This document shows, piece after piece, positions 37,735-50,490 of a stretch of 64,000 nt of DNA (positions are counted from its first letter, which is position 1; each line of letters opens with the position of its first letter). This stretch comes from Leucoraja ocellata. Taxonomy: Eukaryota. Under the pieces are notes generated by a model. The model did no database searches. It saw only the letters and a list, made by a program, of their open reading frames with translations, and was not told the origin of the DNA. The stretch covers positions 1-64,000 of the forward strand of contig JAWMAR010000612.1 in the NCBI GenBank assembly GCA_036785375.1, in the 5' to 3' direction. The translations under genes were made by a program, and so were the position numbers.

Positions 37735-37900
37735 AAATACATCTATTGATGCTCCTGAACGCATCATCAGTGATGTAACCTGGGGTCATTGGGTGTTTCG
37801 GGTCTTTCAACATCAGACACCCTCACCCAGGCGACCCAGCCGTGGTTGATCAGACCACGACTTGTGTTCAGGTGGCATTCGCTCCTCCCTATGGACCTTC
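37735..37900 (-). mobile_element. Probable HERO-clade (R2-group) non-LTR retrotransposon 3' end
   Basis: Minus strand ggctgggtcgcctgggtgagggtgtctgatgttgaaagacccgaaacacccaatgaccccagg..tcactgatgatg resembles the HERO 3' UTR as I recall it. Confidence 0.55.
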
Positions 37901-37939
37901 TCTGGCGCTCTTTAAAATGAATTAGAAAGGGCCAGATGA

Positions 37940-38070
37940 GATCTTGGTTTGACATTCAAAAATAATTTTGGCAGTGCAGCACTCTTTCAGTACGGCACTG
38001 ACTTTCAACTGGAATTAATGGACTCATCTTTAGAGAAAGATTTAAATCTTCACACTCCAGGGCTCGTGAG
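37940..38070 (-). mobile_element. SacSINE1/Deu SINE 5' fragment
   Basis: cagtgcagcactctttcagtacggcactga. Confidence 0.55.
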
Positions 38071-38257
38071 AAGCACAGCTGTCAAATTTGCATGGGTCTA
38101 ATACTAAACCATAAGGGCTGAACTAGGCTAATAATCCAGGCAACCAAAACTCGGATTACACTGGAACAATTTGAGAATTTGAATAGAGGTGACCAATAAA
38201 ACGGGCATCAGATCATGAATGGATTGGATTGTTGTAAACGCCCAAATATATCACTGA

Positions 38258-38466
38258 GGTAGACAAAAGTGCTGGAGAAACTCAGCGGGTGCAGCAGCAT
38301 CTATGGAGCGAAGGAAATAGGCAACGTTTCGGCCCAAAACCCTTTGTGTTTCGGCCCGAAACGTCGCCTATTTCCTTCGCTCCATAGATGCTGCTGCATC
38401 CGCTGAGTTTCTCCAGCACTTTTGTCTACCTTCGATTTTCCAGCATCTGCAGTTCCTTCTTAAACA
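38258..38466 (+). mobile_element. Young Penelope-derived hairpin element with a 15-bp TSD
   Basis: ~78-bp near-perfect IR; caaatatatcactga at 38243-38257 and 38467-38481. Confidence 0.9.
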
Positions 38467-39734
38467 CAAATATATCACTGATGTCTTTCACGGTAGGAAA
38501 TCTGACTATTCTACCCCATCCAGCGCTTCAGGTGATTCCTGTCCTGCGCTGCAGTGAATGGTACTCAGCTGCCCTCACTGGCTTTAACAAATCGTTTCAT
38601 TAAAATAGGCCATTTCCCAATTACAAACGCCTGACTTATAGATACCCTACAAATGAATGATCCCACAGTATTATTAAATTCAAATGTCTGACATAAACAA
38701 TTGCTCATTTCTAAAACTAGTTTCCTCTTTTACTCACTCTCCTTTCTGTAATTGTATTTTTTTGTCAGCCTTATGTGCATTTGATGCCATTCATTAAAAT
38801 ACTGTGGCTATATGGTTACAAATCGATTGATTTTTATGTAATTTCTGACACAAACAAATCAACAAGGACATTTGTAAAAACCCAACCCGTTTATTACCAG
38901 GCGATGGCGTTCATTGCCACCATCACCTCTTCACAGAAGTTCAGGAGTGGGTAATAAATGTTGGCCTCACTAGCAACATTACATCCCTGTAATGAACTAA
39001 AGAAACAGATACTGCCTTTGTTGCTTTTGTTGAGTCAACTGTGGCAACTGTTATGCTGGTGTAATAGGCTGTAGTTTGTCTGAGCTGGAAATGGCATTGT
39101 CCCATTTTTCCTATTTGGTTCTCAAGAAACATTGGTTGCTGCAGTTCACATTCACATTAGAAAAGTGAATGTACCTCATTAAGCAGTTAAGTGACTAAAG
39201 AATCTGGGAGTAGTGGCCGATTTTAATCATCGTATTGATGAGGTGGCACATTGCTACCATAGAGTGCAATGAGGAACAAATTGCTGGAGGCCAGGACTGG
39301 AGTGACTGATAAGGACATCAGATCGCTTGCCCCATACAACAGCAGGGAATCATTTGGATTTTCATTACAATGCAGTGGACTCATGGAATTCAAGGCCACA
39401 AGGCACTGATGAGGAATATCAAATCCGGTTTTGTTGCCTTTTTAATATTAATATTTCTTCCCTTCACTCCTAAATCGTTCATTCCTTTGGTTTTCATCAA
39501 TGCCAAAACGTTGCCCTCACTCAACATCCATCTTCTAGGAAGAGCCACTGAAGCGTCTTGCCTCTTCAAATTCCATACAGAAAGATTTTCCATTTCCATA
39601 GCTGCTTGTATCATCTCAGTATGATGCAATTATTTATTTTTCATTTTTAAGACAGCCCCTGCAGCAGTTCAGTTGTCTCTCTCTGCTGGGTTTGAGTGTC
39701 CGCCTTGTATTTCTGGAGTGAAACAAAGAAGTAG

Positions 39735-39975
39735 TTACTTCTGCTAACTCACAACTCCAGTGACCTGTGTTCACTTCTGACCTAGGGTGATTGTGGAATT
39801 TGTTCATTCTTCCTGTGAGCGCAAGGATTTCTGCTGTGAGCTTTGGTTTCCTGCCTTATCCTAAAGATTGCCAATAGGATACTTGACCAATGTAACTTGG
39901 AAATTGGATCTGATGGGAATGCTCTGCTGGGAGCTAGCATGGACCTGAATGGATGAATGGCCTCCTGTTTGGTAG
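39735..39975 (+). mobile_element. HE1-type V-SINE
   Basis: tcacaactccagtgacctgtgttca head; ggtttcctgcc..atcctaaaga V domain; gaatggcctcctg tail. Confidence 0.65.
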
Positions 39976-40079
39976 TAAGTAAATAAGAAGCTGAAACTGT
40001 TTGAGTAAGTGGCGAGTAGGAATGCAACTTGAACTGGAACACAAGCTTATCAGGGTCTCTGGTTTACATCTGCTCTCGG

Positions 40080-40215
40080 CAGTGACTCAGCGCACAACAC
40101 TCTCGACTCTGAGTCGGCATGTTATGAGTTTATCTCACTACGAAGACTTCAAGCACAAAAACCTATCATGGTATTCCTGTAATGAAGGGGCACTGCTTTG
40201 TCAGAGGTGCCCACT
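40080..40215 (+). mobile_element. SacSINE1/Deu SINE head
   Basis: cactctcgactctgagtc...gacttcaagcacaaaaac...gcactgctttgtcagaggtgcc. Confidence 0.55.
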
Positions 40216-40559
40216 ACATCAAAGGGGAAATATCTGAGAAGAAAATAAACCACCTTCTTGAAATCATTACAGTCACATCACAAAGGAAGGAGCTGATTGG
40301 TGCGAACTAAGGTATGGAAGGATGTAACGTCGTACTTTTGCAAATCACTGGCTCGAGGACTATGTCGAGATGAGAGCCCTTCTTGTTCTTGGAAGGATGG
40401 TCAGGCTTCAGGAAAGCGTGCATAGGACATTTATTCCAATATCACAGACCATGTGGATAGATTAGAGAAGTTGGCTATTTTTCCCTTAAAGCATAATTCA
40501 GTAGACATATTCAAAATGTTGTGGTTTCAACAGTATAGATGGGGAGAAACTATTCTCTA

Positions 40560-41260
40560 AATTACGCTAAGCCAAAATGCTGGTGAAACAGTTAGATAGG
40601 TAATTGGAACGTAAGCTTTTGTGGTATGAGGGTTTGAATACAAAAGTAAAAATGTACAATTAACTTGGACTTTGACAAGACAATACCGCAATATTGTGTA
40701 CAGATTTGGTCTCCATTCACAATAAATGCTTGCTTTGGAGGAAGTAATCTCTTATTTTTCTCTTAAAGAATAAAAGTCGAGACAATCTCTTCTCATATGA
40801 TAGGCCTGTCTTCCCAGGATGATGAATGCCCAGCATTCATCATCCTGGGAAGACAGGCCTATCATATGAGAAGAGATTGTCTCGACTTTTATTCTTTAAG
40901 AGAAAAATAAGAGATTTCTTTGAGGCATGCAAAATTCTTTCAGAAATGTGGATATGGGGAGGTTCTTTCCTCGTGCTGTGGAGTCAAGGGCCAGGGGGTC
41001 ATAGATTCAAAAGAAGGGGCACGATATCAGGACTAGCTTGCAGGGAATATTCTTCAATCATAGGGTAATGTCCATTTGGAATTCTTGATCCCCGAAAGCT
41101 TTGGAGGCTTGGCCATTGAATTCATCGGAAATAAAAAACAATAGATTTCAAGGAATGTGCGGTGTGAATGAGGGAATGATAAAGTGATCAGCCATAATTT
41201 GGTTGAGTGGAGGAGTAGGCTCAAAGGGCCTGCTCCTATTTCTTATCTGTTTATGCTTTA
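40560..41260 (+). mobile_element. Old CR1 3' portion containing a perfect palindrome
   Basis: GFEYKS, YCVQIWSP, PG..GLSYEKRL, GHRFK, W(N)S. Confidence 0.7.
40746..40916. repeat. Perfect inverted repeat with 84-bp arms and a 3-nt spacer
   Basis: 40746-40829 is the exact reverse complement of 40833-40916. Confidence 0.95.
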
Positions 41261-43074
41261 AGGTTTTCATGAAAAATTCCGTTACAACTGTGTAATAAAT
41301 TTGACAACATCACCAATGCCACAGCCTCAGTCTCTAATTCCAGGGCATGGATGATCCTCCAGTTGGACTGTTCTACAACTTTTCTCCTTTGCAACAAAGA
41401 CAGTTGTCTTTATCAGCATTTGCTTTCTGTGGAGTCCTGCTCATGCGGGCAGTAAGTTGGTTATATTTGGTTGCAATTAAAGAATTGTTCTGTACTGAAA
41501 GGCCACTTAGAGGACAGGTGGCTTCCATACTAGCCTCAGCAAGGTCTCATTCCTTTCCACCCATGTGACAATTCTGCAGGCTTCCTTAGTGGCAGATAAT
41601 TTTACTTAACTCCTCTTATATGCCAGCCTGTACAGCAAATAAACCCAGAGTGATTCATTGAAAAATGTTTGAATGTTTCAGCTTTTAGCCAACGTCAATA
41701 GCCTGATGACATATTTGTTGACTGTCTCTTCTGATTCTTGGCTGCCTATACCAAATATGTAATTCTCAAAGGTCTATGTAGGGGTTGGATTGCAATATCC
41801 CTTTGGAACACAAATAAATGACCTATTTCTGTTGTCTCTACAGTTACAACAGGCTTTTGCCTTTTTCTTTCCACATTGTTCAATATCCATCCCAGGATAT
41901 TCGTGGTATTGTTTGCTCTCAGGAATATCTCCACCTGATCTGTGGATAGGGAAAATCCAGGGGACAAGGCTGCCATACCTTGTTCATATCCAAACTAATC
42001 CACAGAACCTACCATTGTTACAATTCTCCCGTGACAACCTTGTTCAATTTTCCAAGACACGGCTCCTGCCAGGCTTCTTCCTCAGCCCTAACATCTCTAA
42101 CCTATCATCCATACAGTGCCCTCGGATTATTTTCTATTGATGTTCAGTACAGCCAACAGTAGTGGTTAAACAGCGATGTGTAAGAGGTCATATCATATGG
42201 TTTCCTCACTTCCTAAAGGTATTGTAAAATACCACTGTCATGCATTCCAAGTACTACTGCCTGAAAGGATGGTGGAAGTAGTTTCATTAATAATATTCCA
42301 TTGAATAAATATGTAGTGGAAAAATAATACTTTTCAGGATTGAGTGAAAGAACAGGCGAGTGGGACTAGTTGAAGTGTACTTTCAAAGAGCTGGCACGGA
42401 TAGAATGGGCCGAATGGTTTCCTCCTGTGCTGAATAAATTCCACATCTATCATTGACTTCTCTCGCCATATGTGAATCCAGTGCTCGAGGGGAATTCTGA
42501 GCTTGCCAATTTTCAAATTTGGCAGGGTGGAGAATGGCAGTTTTAAAATGCTTTGCAAAGTGTTCTCTGTGAGCAGTGAGGTGCAATTACACATTGGCAA
42601 TACACCACAGCGATTTCTCTCCCCTCTACCTGAGGCGGGCACACAAACTGTGCCCCAGATGGTGCCTGCATCCCATCCATGACTTTGAAGTGGTACAGAG
42701 GTCAAAGAATGGGAGATGTTCCTTGGGAGAGGAAATTTGAGCCAGTTGGTGGAGAAGTCGCCTTTGCTGCTTGTTGCCTGCGCCTTGATGAGCAAGAAGC
42801 AAAGGAAATAAAGAAAGTAAAAGAAAGGATTGAATAAGGAACGAGAGCTGAAGCAATAAACACGTGTTTTCTTTGCGAATCAAAAAAATCCTTGTAACCT
42901 TTTCCCCATATTTGAGAGATAATTGAGTGAAAGAATCGACAGGCCAAGGCAAGATTTAGAATCCAATTAATCGGGAGGTTTCTCTGCTGATAGCATTCTG
43001 CTGAGATATTCAAGTCGTTTTACTGAGCATTCATCCAACTATCTCTGGCTCTGCTCCAAGACAATAATTATCTG

Positions 43075-43400
43075 CTGTGGTTCAGTTAGATGCGCTTTGC
43101 CTCTGAGTCAGAGGGTGGGTGGGTCCCCCCCTCGTAACATTTAAACATGTAGCTCTCATTGTAAAGCCATCTCTCAAATAAGGTGTGGGACTCTCGGTCT
43201 GCCAGCTGGTGTGTGTGGTGTCAAGGATCACACAGTTCTGCGCAAGGAGGAGCAGCTAATCATCTTGGCCAAAGACCTTCCTTCAATGGATATCATTCAC
43301 TTAGAGTGAGGATCTTGTTGAATTGTTGAAAACAGTCGAAGTATTTCAACTGTGTGTGAAACATTTAGGGATATTTTGGAGAAAAATTAAGACATCCTGC
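43075..43400 (+). mobile_element. Deu-type SINE remnant
   Basis: gtggttcagt..gcctctgagtcagagggt head; aaggatc..gagcag..ttggccaa body. Confidence 0.45.
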
Positions 43401-43639
43401 AGTGGCATAAATAATAGGCAGATCATTTCTTAGCCTTGTGAACTGAAGTCGGGTACACTAATGCTGAAAGGTCCTATAAAAGAGTCCACTTCTCGGGTAC
43501 CATGACATTTTATGGCCAAAAATGCCTGCTTCAACCTTGACAGGACAAACAATTGCAGGAGGGTTATCTGTGCTGCTAGAAACATGAAACCGAGGAGTCA
43601 CAGATTTTTGAAAGGGTTGGGGGATGTTGAGAAAGAAGA

Positions 43640-43890
43640 GCTACCATTTCTGTAGCACCTTTTACATCCTGTCCCCAAAATCCTTTCCAGTCAATGGAGT
43701 ACTTGAAACATACTGTTGTAATGTAGAAGATACAGCAACTTGCACATAGCAAGCTCACATACGTAAACACGAATGTGATAATTATAGTGTCTAGGCCCTT
43801 TTGTATTGCTGCTTGAATATGATAAATAATAGTGGAGAGCCAGTGGCAAAACACTCTTTATTAGTGTCAGTCAACTCCCAACTAACAGCA
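43640..43890 (-). mobile_element. Deu-type SINE remnant
   Basis: catttctgtagcacc...caatggagtactt...gttgtaatgtagaa...gcacatagcaagctc. Confidence 0.55.
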
Positions 43891-45814
43891 GTGGCTGGTG
43901 CAGCAATGTACCAAAAGCAACATTTGATGTTGTGCATACTTCTTAAAGACACTTAACCTTTCATATATATTCCGTAATGGATAACTTCATCCCTAATATC
44001 TCTTTTCCATCATCATGAATTGTATATTTCACTTGCTGACGTGTTCATCTGGCTCCTGATTGGCATGCAGCTCTGGTCAGCACTGCAAATCGTTAACCTT
44101 TGAAGAATGCTCTTATTGTTCACTTTATGTCTTGAATCGTGTGTGTTATTTTAAGGTTAAATAACGGAAAAGGTGAGGGAGGGAGGGATCGGAAAAAGGG
44201 AATATCTGATAAGGTTATTGGGACAGTTGGAGGGTGATTATGCCTCATCATCTTATTATCATGTGCCCCTAATTGCAGGGCTATGGTACATCCCCTGCAA
44301 GCCAGGATGCACTATTGGAGAGAGAAAACACTGAGCCAAGAATACATTTGGATGACTGACATGAGTAGATATGGCCAGTTCTGATGCAAACAGAAACAGG
44401 AAAATTTGATGTTGGGCTGTGGAGGCTCTTATGTGTCCAAATGGAAAATGATGTATTGTCCCAGAAACTTGCATTGGGTTTTGTTGATGCTGAATGAGCT
44501 GGCATAGGCTCCAAGGACTATATGTCCTATGTTTCAGCGATCATTTTCTTCAAAAACTTGCACATTTGGGACTATGTAGAATTGAACCATCCGAAACAAA
44601 CGTTCTGAAGATGGATAAGTCCATCATCATCCACGACAAGGACGTAGCTTTTGGCGCCGGCGAGACCGATTGATTTCAAACGCACTTATTGTATCTGTGT
44701 GACTCAACCATGAAGCTGAAAACCATACAAATTGTGTGGCCTTAGTCTTTGCTTCAATTTCAGAATTATGCCATACGCAAAAATGCTTCATATTTTTGTC
44801 CCATCTCCAGACTGATTCTCTGTTCTGCACTCCAATGAATATCAATTTCTTTTTATTTGTTTTTTTAAATGCGAGTGTTGCCAGAAAGACTATTATTTAT
44901 TGAACATACCCAATTGGCCTTGAGGAAGTCATATCGTTAGTGGTTCAACATCATGTCTATTAGGATATAATTGAATATGCTGCAAAGTCTTTTCAAAATT
45001 CATTTTACGAGTCCAAAACTTTACTGTGGGTTTGGAGTCGTAAAGGCCTGTTCCAGTAAGAATGGTAGAATTCCCTCCCTGGGGGTCAATCATGAACGAG
45101 ATGCACTTTTATGACATTTCAAAGTTTCATGGTATCCACCACAAAGGATTTTGGGTTTTAACGCCCAGATTATTTTATTAAATTAAATTTTATGGTTGCC
45201 ACAGTGGATATTCCACTCACATCTGTAGACCATCAGCCCCTTGCTGCTGTGTTACTTGAACACCAATTTAAGCACCACGTCCATTCAGTTTCACCAGATT
45301 CCTCTCATTTGATAAAATTATACTCTTTTGCCTGTGCATATTGTTTGATTGTGTATTCACTGATTGTCTCCTCTAATCTCTGCTTGCATGTTTCATCCTT
45401 GCAATTCTTCAATATCTCTGAATGTGTTGGATTAAAGACCCATCAAAAACTTTACATTATGTTCTTAGGATATCTATGGTTTGCCAGACTGATCAAAGTC
45501 TCAAATGTCTCCAACAATAAAAAACATTGGCCTGCTCTTTTTATACATGGTGCTATTTCTCTATTCTGTTCCATTTCCATAGTTCAGTGTTATTGTTTGA
45601 TCTCAAGAGCACTTCAGTTTGTTCCATATATAGGATAAATGGCTGAGACTCACTGTACTTCTCAAATTCAACAACATTTCCAGAATGGTTTGCCATTGTT
45701 TTATGTAGAGAATCTAGTTCTGTAATAATTTAACGTTCCAGCGAGTGTCCTGGCCATATAATGTTCAATGCGGTAGATAACAAAGGTGGAACTACCACCG
45801 AAAATCAATTATTG

Positions 45815-46072
45815 AAGCCATTTAGAACGGAGATGAGGAAACACTTTTTCTCACAGAGAGTGGTGAGTCTGTGGAATTCTCTGCCTCAGAGAGCGGTGGA
45901 GGCAGGTTCCCTGGATGTTTCAAGAGAGAGCTAGATAGGGCTCTTAATAATAGGGGAGAAGGCAGGAACAGGGTACTGATTGGGGATGATCAGCCATGAT
46001 CACATTAAATGGCGATGCTGGCTCGAAGGGCCGAATGGCCTACTCCTACACCTATTGTCTATTGTCTATTGT
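45815..46072 (+). mobile_element. HER1-type CR1 3' end
   Basis: FRTEMRKHFFSQRVVSLWNSLPQ; (ttgtcta)n tail. Confidence 0.9.
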
Positions 46073-46369
46073 AATCATTTTCCGACTAACAGCAGTGGCT
46101 GGCACCACATATTGGAAATCGTAGCTTTTGTGATATTCTCAGTTCATAAAATGACACTAACTCGCACATGTTCTACAAAGTACCTTCCAAGTATAGGCAC
46201 TATTACCATGTAAGATACACAGCAGACAGATTTGATAATTACATAAATGGAAATAGAGCCTCTATTGAATGCAGTAATCCTCAACCAAACAATAGTGCCT
46301 GATACAAACATGTAGCAGCATTTGGTTACATGTTAAATTTCACACATGTACACATATTTACATGCATCA

Positions 46370-46740
46370 CAATAATAAGCAGATTATTGGTTTTTGTGAT
46401 GTTGGTTGGACTGGACACAGGTTAACATGATTGTGTAGGTAGGAAGGAACTGCAGATGCAGGTTTAAACCAAAGATAGACACAAAAATCTGGAGCAATTC
46501 AGCAGGACAGGCAGCATCTCTGGAGAGAAGGAATGGGTGACATTTCGGGGTCAAGATCCTTTTTGTGTTTAACTCCACCACCGCTTTGAAATAGTGCCTG
46601 GGAATTGTTTTGCATCGATGGGGGTAGAAGATATGATTCTCATTGTAAGATGGTACTCTCTCTCTCTGCTAGCATAAATTTATGATTGAGTTTCTGGAGT
46701 GAGGTTTGATGCCAAGATTTTCTGTTGCGGAGCTAAGCCG
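46370..46740 (-). mobile_element. Deu SINE remnant with a nested Penelope piece (46435-46562)
   Basis: tttttgtgatgttggttgga...tgaaatagtgcctgggaat; ggaactgcagatgc...gcagcatctctggag. Confidence 0.55.
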
Positions 46741-47407
46741 GACAGCCACAAAAGGCAGCGGGAGAGTGAAGGGTAAATTAATTGCAGACATACAGACACA
46801 TTGTCAGTGTCACATTGCTGTGGGGTATATTTTTGTATGAATCGATGCTGTTGTGAGGAATTGGAGCTTTCTTCTCTCTCTTGCCTGTTGTGTTTGTGTA
46901 TCCTGAATGTAGGGAGTTGGTGGGCTGTGGGTGTACAAGGCTCATTGTTGAGCCTTCTCTCTGCATATGATTATTTATTTGACTAAATGAGTAAATGTTT
47001 AGACTCGCATCAGCTGGGAGAAAATCTCTAAGAAAACAAGGAAGGAAGTTTATGAGGAAAGAAAATAACAAAAGGAAAGGAAAGAGACTCGTTCTGATGT
47101 TGCATTAGGCTGCTGAGTTTCTGATTAAAGTCAAGATTTTTTCCATTTGGCGCCATAGACTTTGGCTCCAGGAGCTGATATGGTGGCAGACACTCAGACA
47201 TCAAGATACTGGACAAAGATTCCATGTCTTAATCTGCAAAATTATACTGAGACAGTCAAACAAATGTGTGCTGCAAATGAACTCAGTGACCCTAGAATAA
47301 CTGTATTAGTGGCAACTCAGACTCCGTTCCCACAGCCAACAATTGCTTTATGCAATCGATCACTGAGCTTAAATCCTAAAAATTTAAGTCCAAAGCCTGG
47401 ACTGTGT

Positions 47408-47930
47408 AGTCAAGTCAAGTCAAGAGAGTTTATTGTCATGTGTCCCAGATAGGACAATGAAATTCTTGCTTGCTGCAGCACCACTGAATATTGTAGGCAT
47501 AAATACAGAACAGATCAGTGTGTCTATATACCATAGACCATATATATACACATAAATAAACAGATAAAGTGCAATAGGCTGTTAGAGTTCAGAGTTTGTT
47601 TGAAGTTGTGTTTAATAGTCTGATGACTGTGGGGAAGAAGCTGTTCCTGAACCTGGATGTTGCAGATTTCAGGCTCCTGTACCTTCTACCTGATGGCAGT
47701 GGAGAGATGAGTGTGGGTCCTTGATGATGTTGCAGCCTTCTTGAGGTAGAGACTGCAATAGATCCCCTCGATGGTAGGGAGGTCAGAGCCGGTGTTGGCC
47801 TGGGCAGTGTTGACAACTTTTTGCAGCTTTTTTCGCTCCTGGACGCACAAGTTGCCGAACCAAGGCACGATGCAACCGGTCAACATGCTCTCCACTGTGC
47901 ACCTGTGGACGTTTGAGAGAGTCCTCCTGT
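47408..47930 (-). mobile_element. Rex1/Babar 3' portion
   Basis: RCTVESMLTGCI..WFGN, LPSGRRYRSLK...SRFRNSFFP; (gactt)n tail. Confidence 0.9.
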
Positions 47931-48214
47931 TACTGACTGGATAAGGGTCTTGTAATAAGCCTAGCACCCTGCATGTTTGGGGAGCAGAAATAAAATGTCA
48001 CATCCTTAAATATAGATAAAGTGGGAGAGAATTGAAACTGAATTATTGTGCTGTTCGCAGGTGGTGTTCAGAGTCTCTGATCCATATCACTCACAACAGC
48101 ACATGGGTCCAAGACTCATGTTAAAGCAGTCACCAGCCAAAACTCAGTATACAAAACCTATAATGGAGGAGTCTCCATGCAGGGCCAATACAGGAGTTAC
48201 CAGACAGAAGTCAG

Positions 48215-48795
48215 AGCATTGAGTAGAGAAATTGGGAGGTCATGTTGCAGTTATAAAAGACGTTGATGAGGCTGCATTTAGAGTATATTTTTGGGTACCA
48301 TGTTATAGGAAAGATGGTGTCAAGCTGGAAAGGGTGCAGAGAAGATTTACGAGGATGTTGCCAGGACTCGAAGGCCTGAGGTATAGAAAGAGATTGAGCA
48401 AGCAAGGATTCTATTCCTTGGACCGCAGGAGGATAAGGGGTAATCTTATAGAGGTGTACAAATTCATGAGGGGAATAGATCAGATAGACACACAGCTTCT
48501 TGCCCAGTGTTGGGGAATCGAGAACCAGAGGACATAGGTGAGGGAGGAAAGATTTAATAGGAACCTGAGGGGTAACTTTTTCATGCGAAGGGTGAAAAGG
48601 GTATGGAAAAAACTGCTGGAAGAGGTAGTTGAGGCAGGTACTATCGCAATGTTTAAGAAACATTTAGACAGGTACAAGGATCGGACAGGTTTAGAGGGAT
48701 ATTTAGCAGGTGGGTGAGACTAGTATAGATGTAACATGTTGGTTGGTGTGGGCAAGTTGGGCCGAAGGGCCTGTTTCCACTCTGTAAGACTCTAA
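48215..48795 (+). mobile_element. CR1 3' portion
   Basis: PCYRKD.VKLERVQRRFTRMLPGLEGL.Y; 3' gggccgaagggcctgtttcc. Confidence 0.9.
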
Positions 48796-48957
48796 GTCAT
48801 AATGCAAGAATCACCTGATAGAAGTCATTCTGCACGACTTATGATACAGGAGTTAAGGTGTAAGAATGGCTTTACGAGAATTGGAACTTTTTGGAGAGAA
48901 TGGGAGAGCAAGGGAAAATAATGGGTTAAAGAAAGCTAATGCTCAACTACTAAGTAA

Positions 48958-49140
48958 CCTGGAGGCAGGTTCGATTTTACAATTTAAAAATAAATTGGAT
49001 AGGTATATGGACGGGAAAGGAATGGAGGGTTATAATTTGAGTGCAGGTAGATGGGACTAGGGGAGAATAAGTGTTCGGCACGGACTAGAAAGGCCGAGAT
49101 GGCCTGTTTCCCTGCTGTAATTGTTATATGGTTATATGAA
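48958..49140 (+). mobile_element. CR1 3' end of a different subfamily
   Basis: FKNKLDRYM; ggccgagatggcctgtttcc; (gttatatg)n tail. Confidence 0.8.
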
Positions 49141-49704
49141 TGTTAAAGGTGAGCCTGAAGATGGGTCCAATAAACTGCACTCAAACTGAGACTATGTGAA
49201 GAGTATAATAGAGTGGTTGCCCTGAATGGAATTTTTTTGTGCTGTTGCTTCTGTTGCCACTCTGATGCACATAAGAAGATAAGAAATAGGAAGATGTGTA
49301 GGTCAATTAGGCCCTTGTGCATGTTCTGCCATTCAATTAAATCAGACCTTGTCTTTTATCTCAGGACCACTTTCCTCTACTAACCCCTTATCACACACTT
49401 TCCCTTAATATCTAAAAATCGAATGATCTTTTGAGACTATACTTAACAACTGCACCCCCGCGGTTTCCTTGGACGAAGAATTCTAAGTTATTTTGAACTC
49501 TTAAATTTCCTGGTAAACAGTTATCCCAAAAGACCACTTACAAATAAATGATCAAGATATTTACCTCTCTATGGTTTGTAGAATCTTCCTGTCTTGCCTC
49601 CATTTGCGAACTGCACAGTTGTAAAGGGCCAACAGGATATATTTCTGTGCTAATCCAAGTGAAACAATGACGTACCTGCAGCTCACTTTAGACCTTATAA
49701 TTTA

Positions 49705-50003
49705 GGCAAGAGATGCAGTATGGAAACAGACCCTTCAACCCACCAAGTCGACCTACCAGTGATCATCCCACATACTAACACTATCCTACACACTAGGGAC
49801 ATTTTACAATTTACAGAAGCCAATTAACCTACAAACCTTGTACGCCTTTGGAGTTTGGGAGGAAACCGGAGCACCTGGAGAAAACCCATGCAGTCACAGG
49901 GAGAATCTACAAACTCCATACAGCCAGCACCTGCAGTCAGGATCAAACCCAGGTCACTGGTGCTGTAAGGCAGCAACACCACAGTTGTGTCACTGTGCTG
50001 CCC
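49705..50003 (-). mobile_element. HE1-type tRNA/V-SINE, near full length
   Basis: tRNA head (caggatcaaacccagg antisense B box), V domain gggaggaaaccggagcacc, CR1 tail. Confidence 0.85.
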
Positions 50004-50374
50004 CTAATCACCTTGGATAAAATCAGCCAAGTCAACATAGCTCCTGCCTCTCACTTCACCCCTACCTTTCCATTAATAGCTGTGCCCAATTGTTACACAG
50101 TAAAACTGCCAATGGTTTTTAAATGGCTTTTGTGCTTGCAAATAGGAATTGAACATAAAAAAATGACTTGGAATGACAAGTCTATTAAATTAATTGAAGC
50201 TTGGTTGTAGTCAATGTTGTAATGTAAGAAAGATGTAAGTCAAATAACTCACATATGCGATGCTGACCAGATTATTTGAGAAATAAATTGAGACTTATAC
50301 ACTGCGGAGATGGCTCACTGATAAATTTATATAATAATACCTTTTCTCCTCTTCACTCTACTTGTTGTACTTGT

Positions 50375-50490
50375 GCACAGCGAGATGGTATTCATGTAGA
50401 GAATTATCTGATTTGACCGGATAACAGGCAAACAAACGTCATCACTGTATCTCGGTATACGTGACAATGATAAACAAGTACCAATACCAG
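50375..50490 (+). mobile_element. Rex1 3' UTR
   Basis: tcactgtatctcggtatacgtgacaatgataaac..taccaatacc. Confidence 0.6.

Noticed and set aside
37764-37825. Hammerhead-like CTGATG...GAAA and CTGATGA on the minus strand
   Set aside because: The first core reads CUGAUGU and shares its C with the GUC site, so there is no helix I. The second has no consistent helix II or III.
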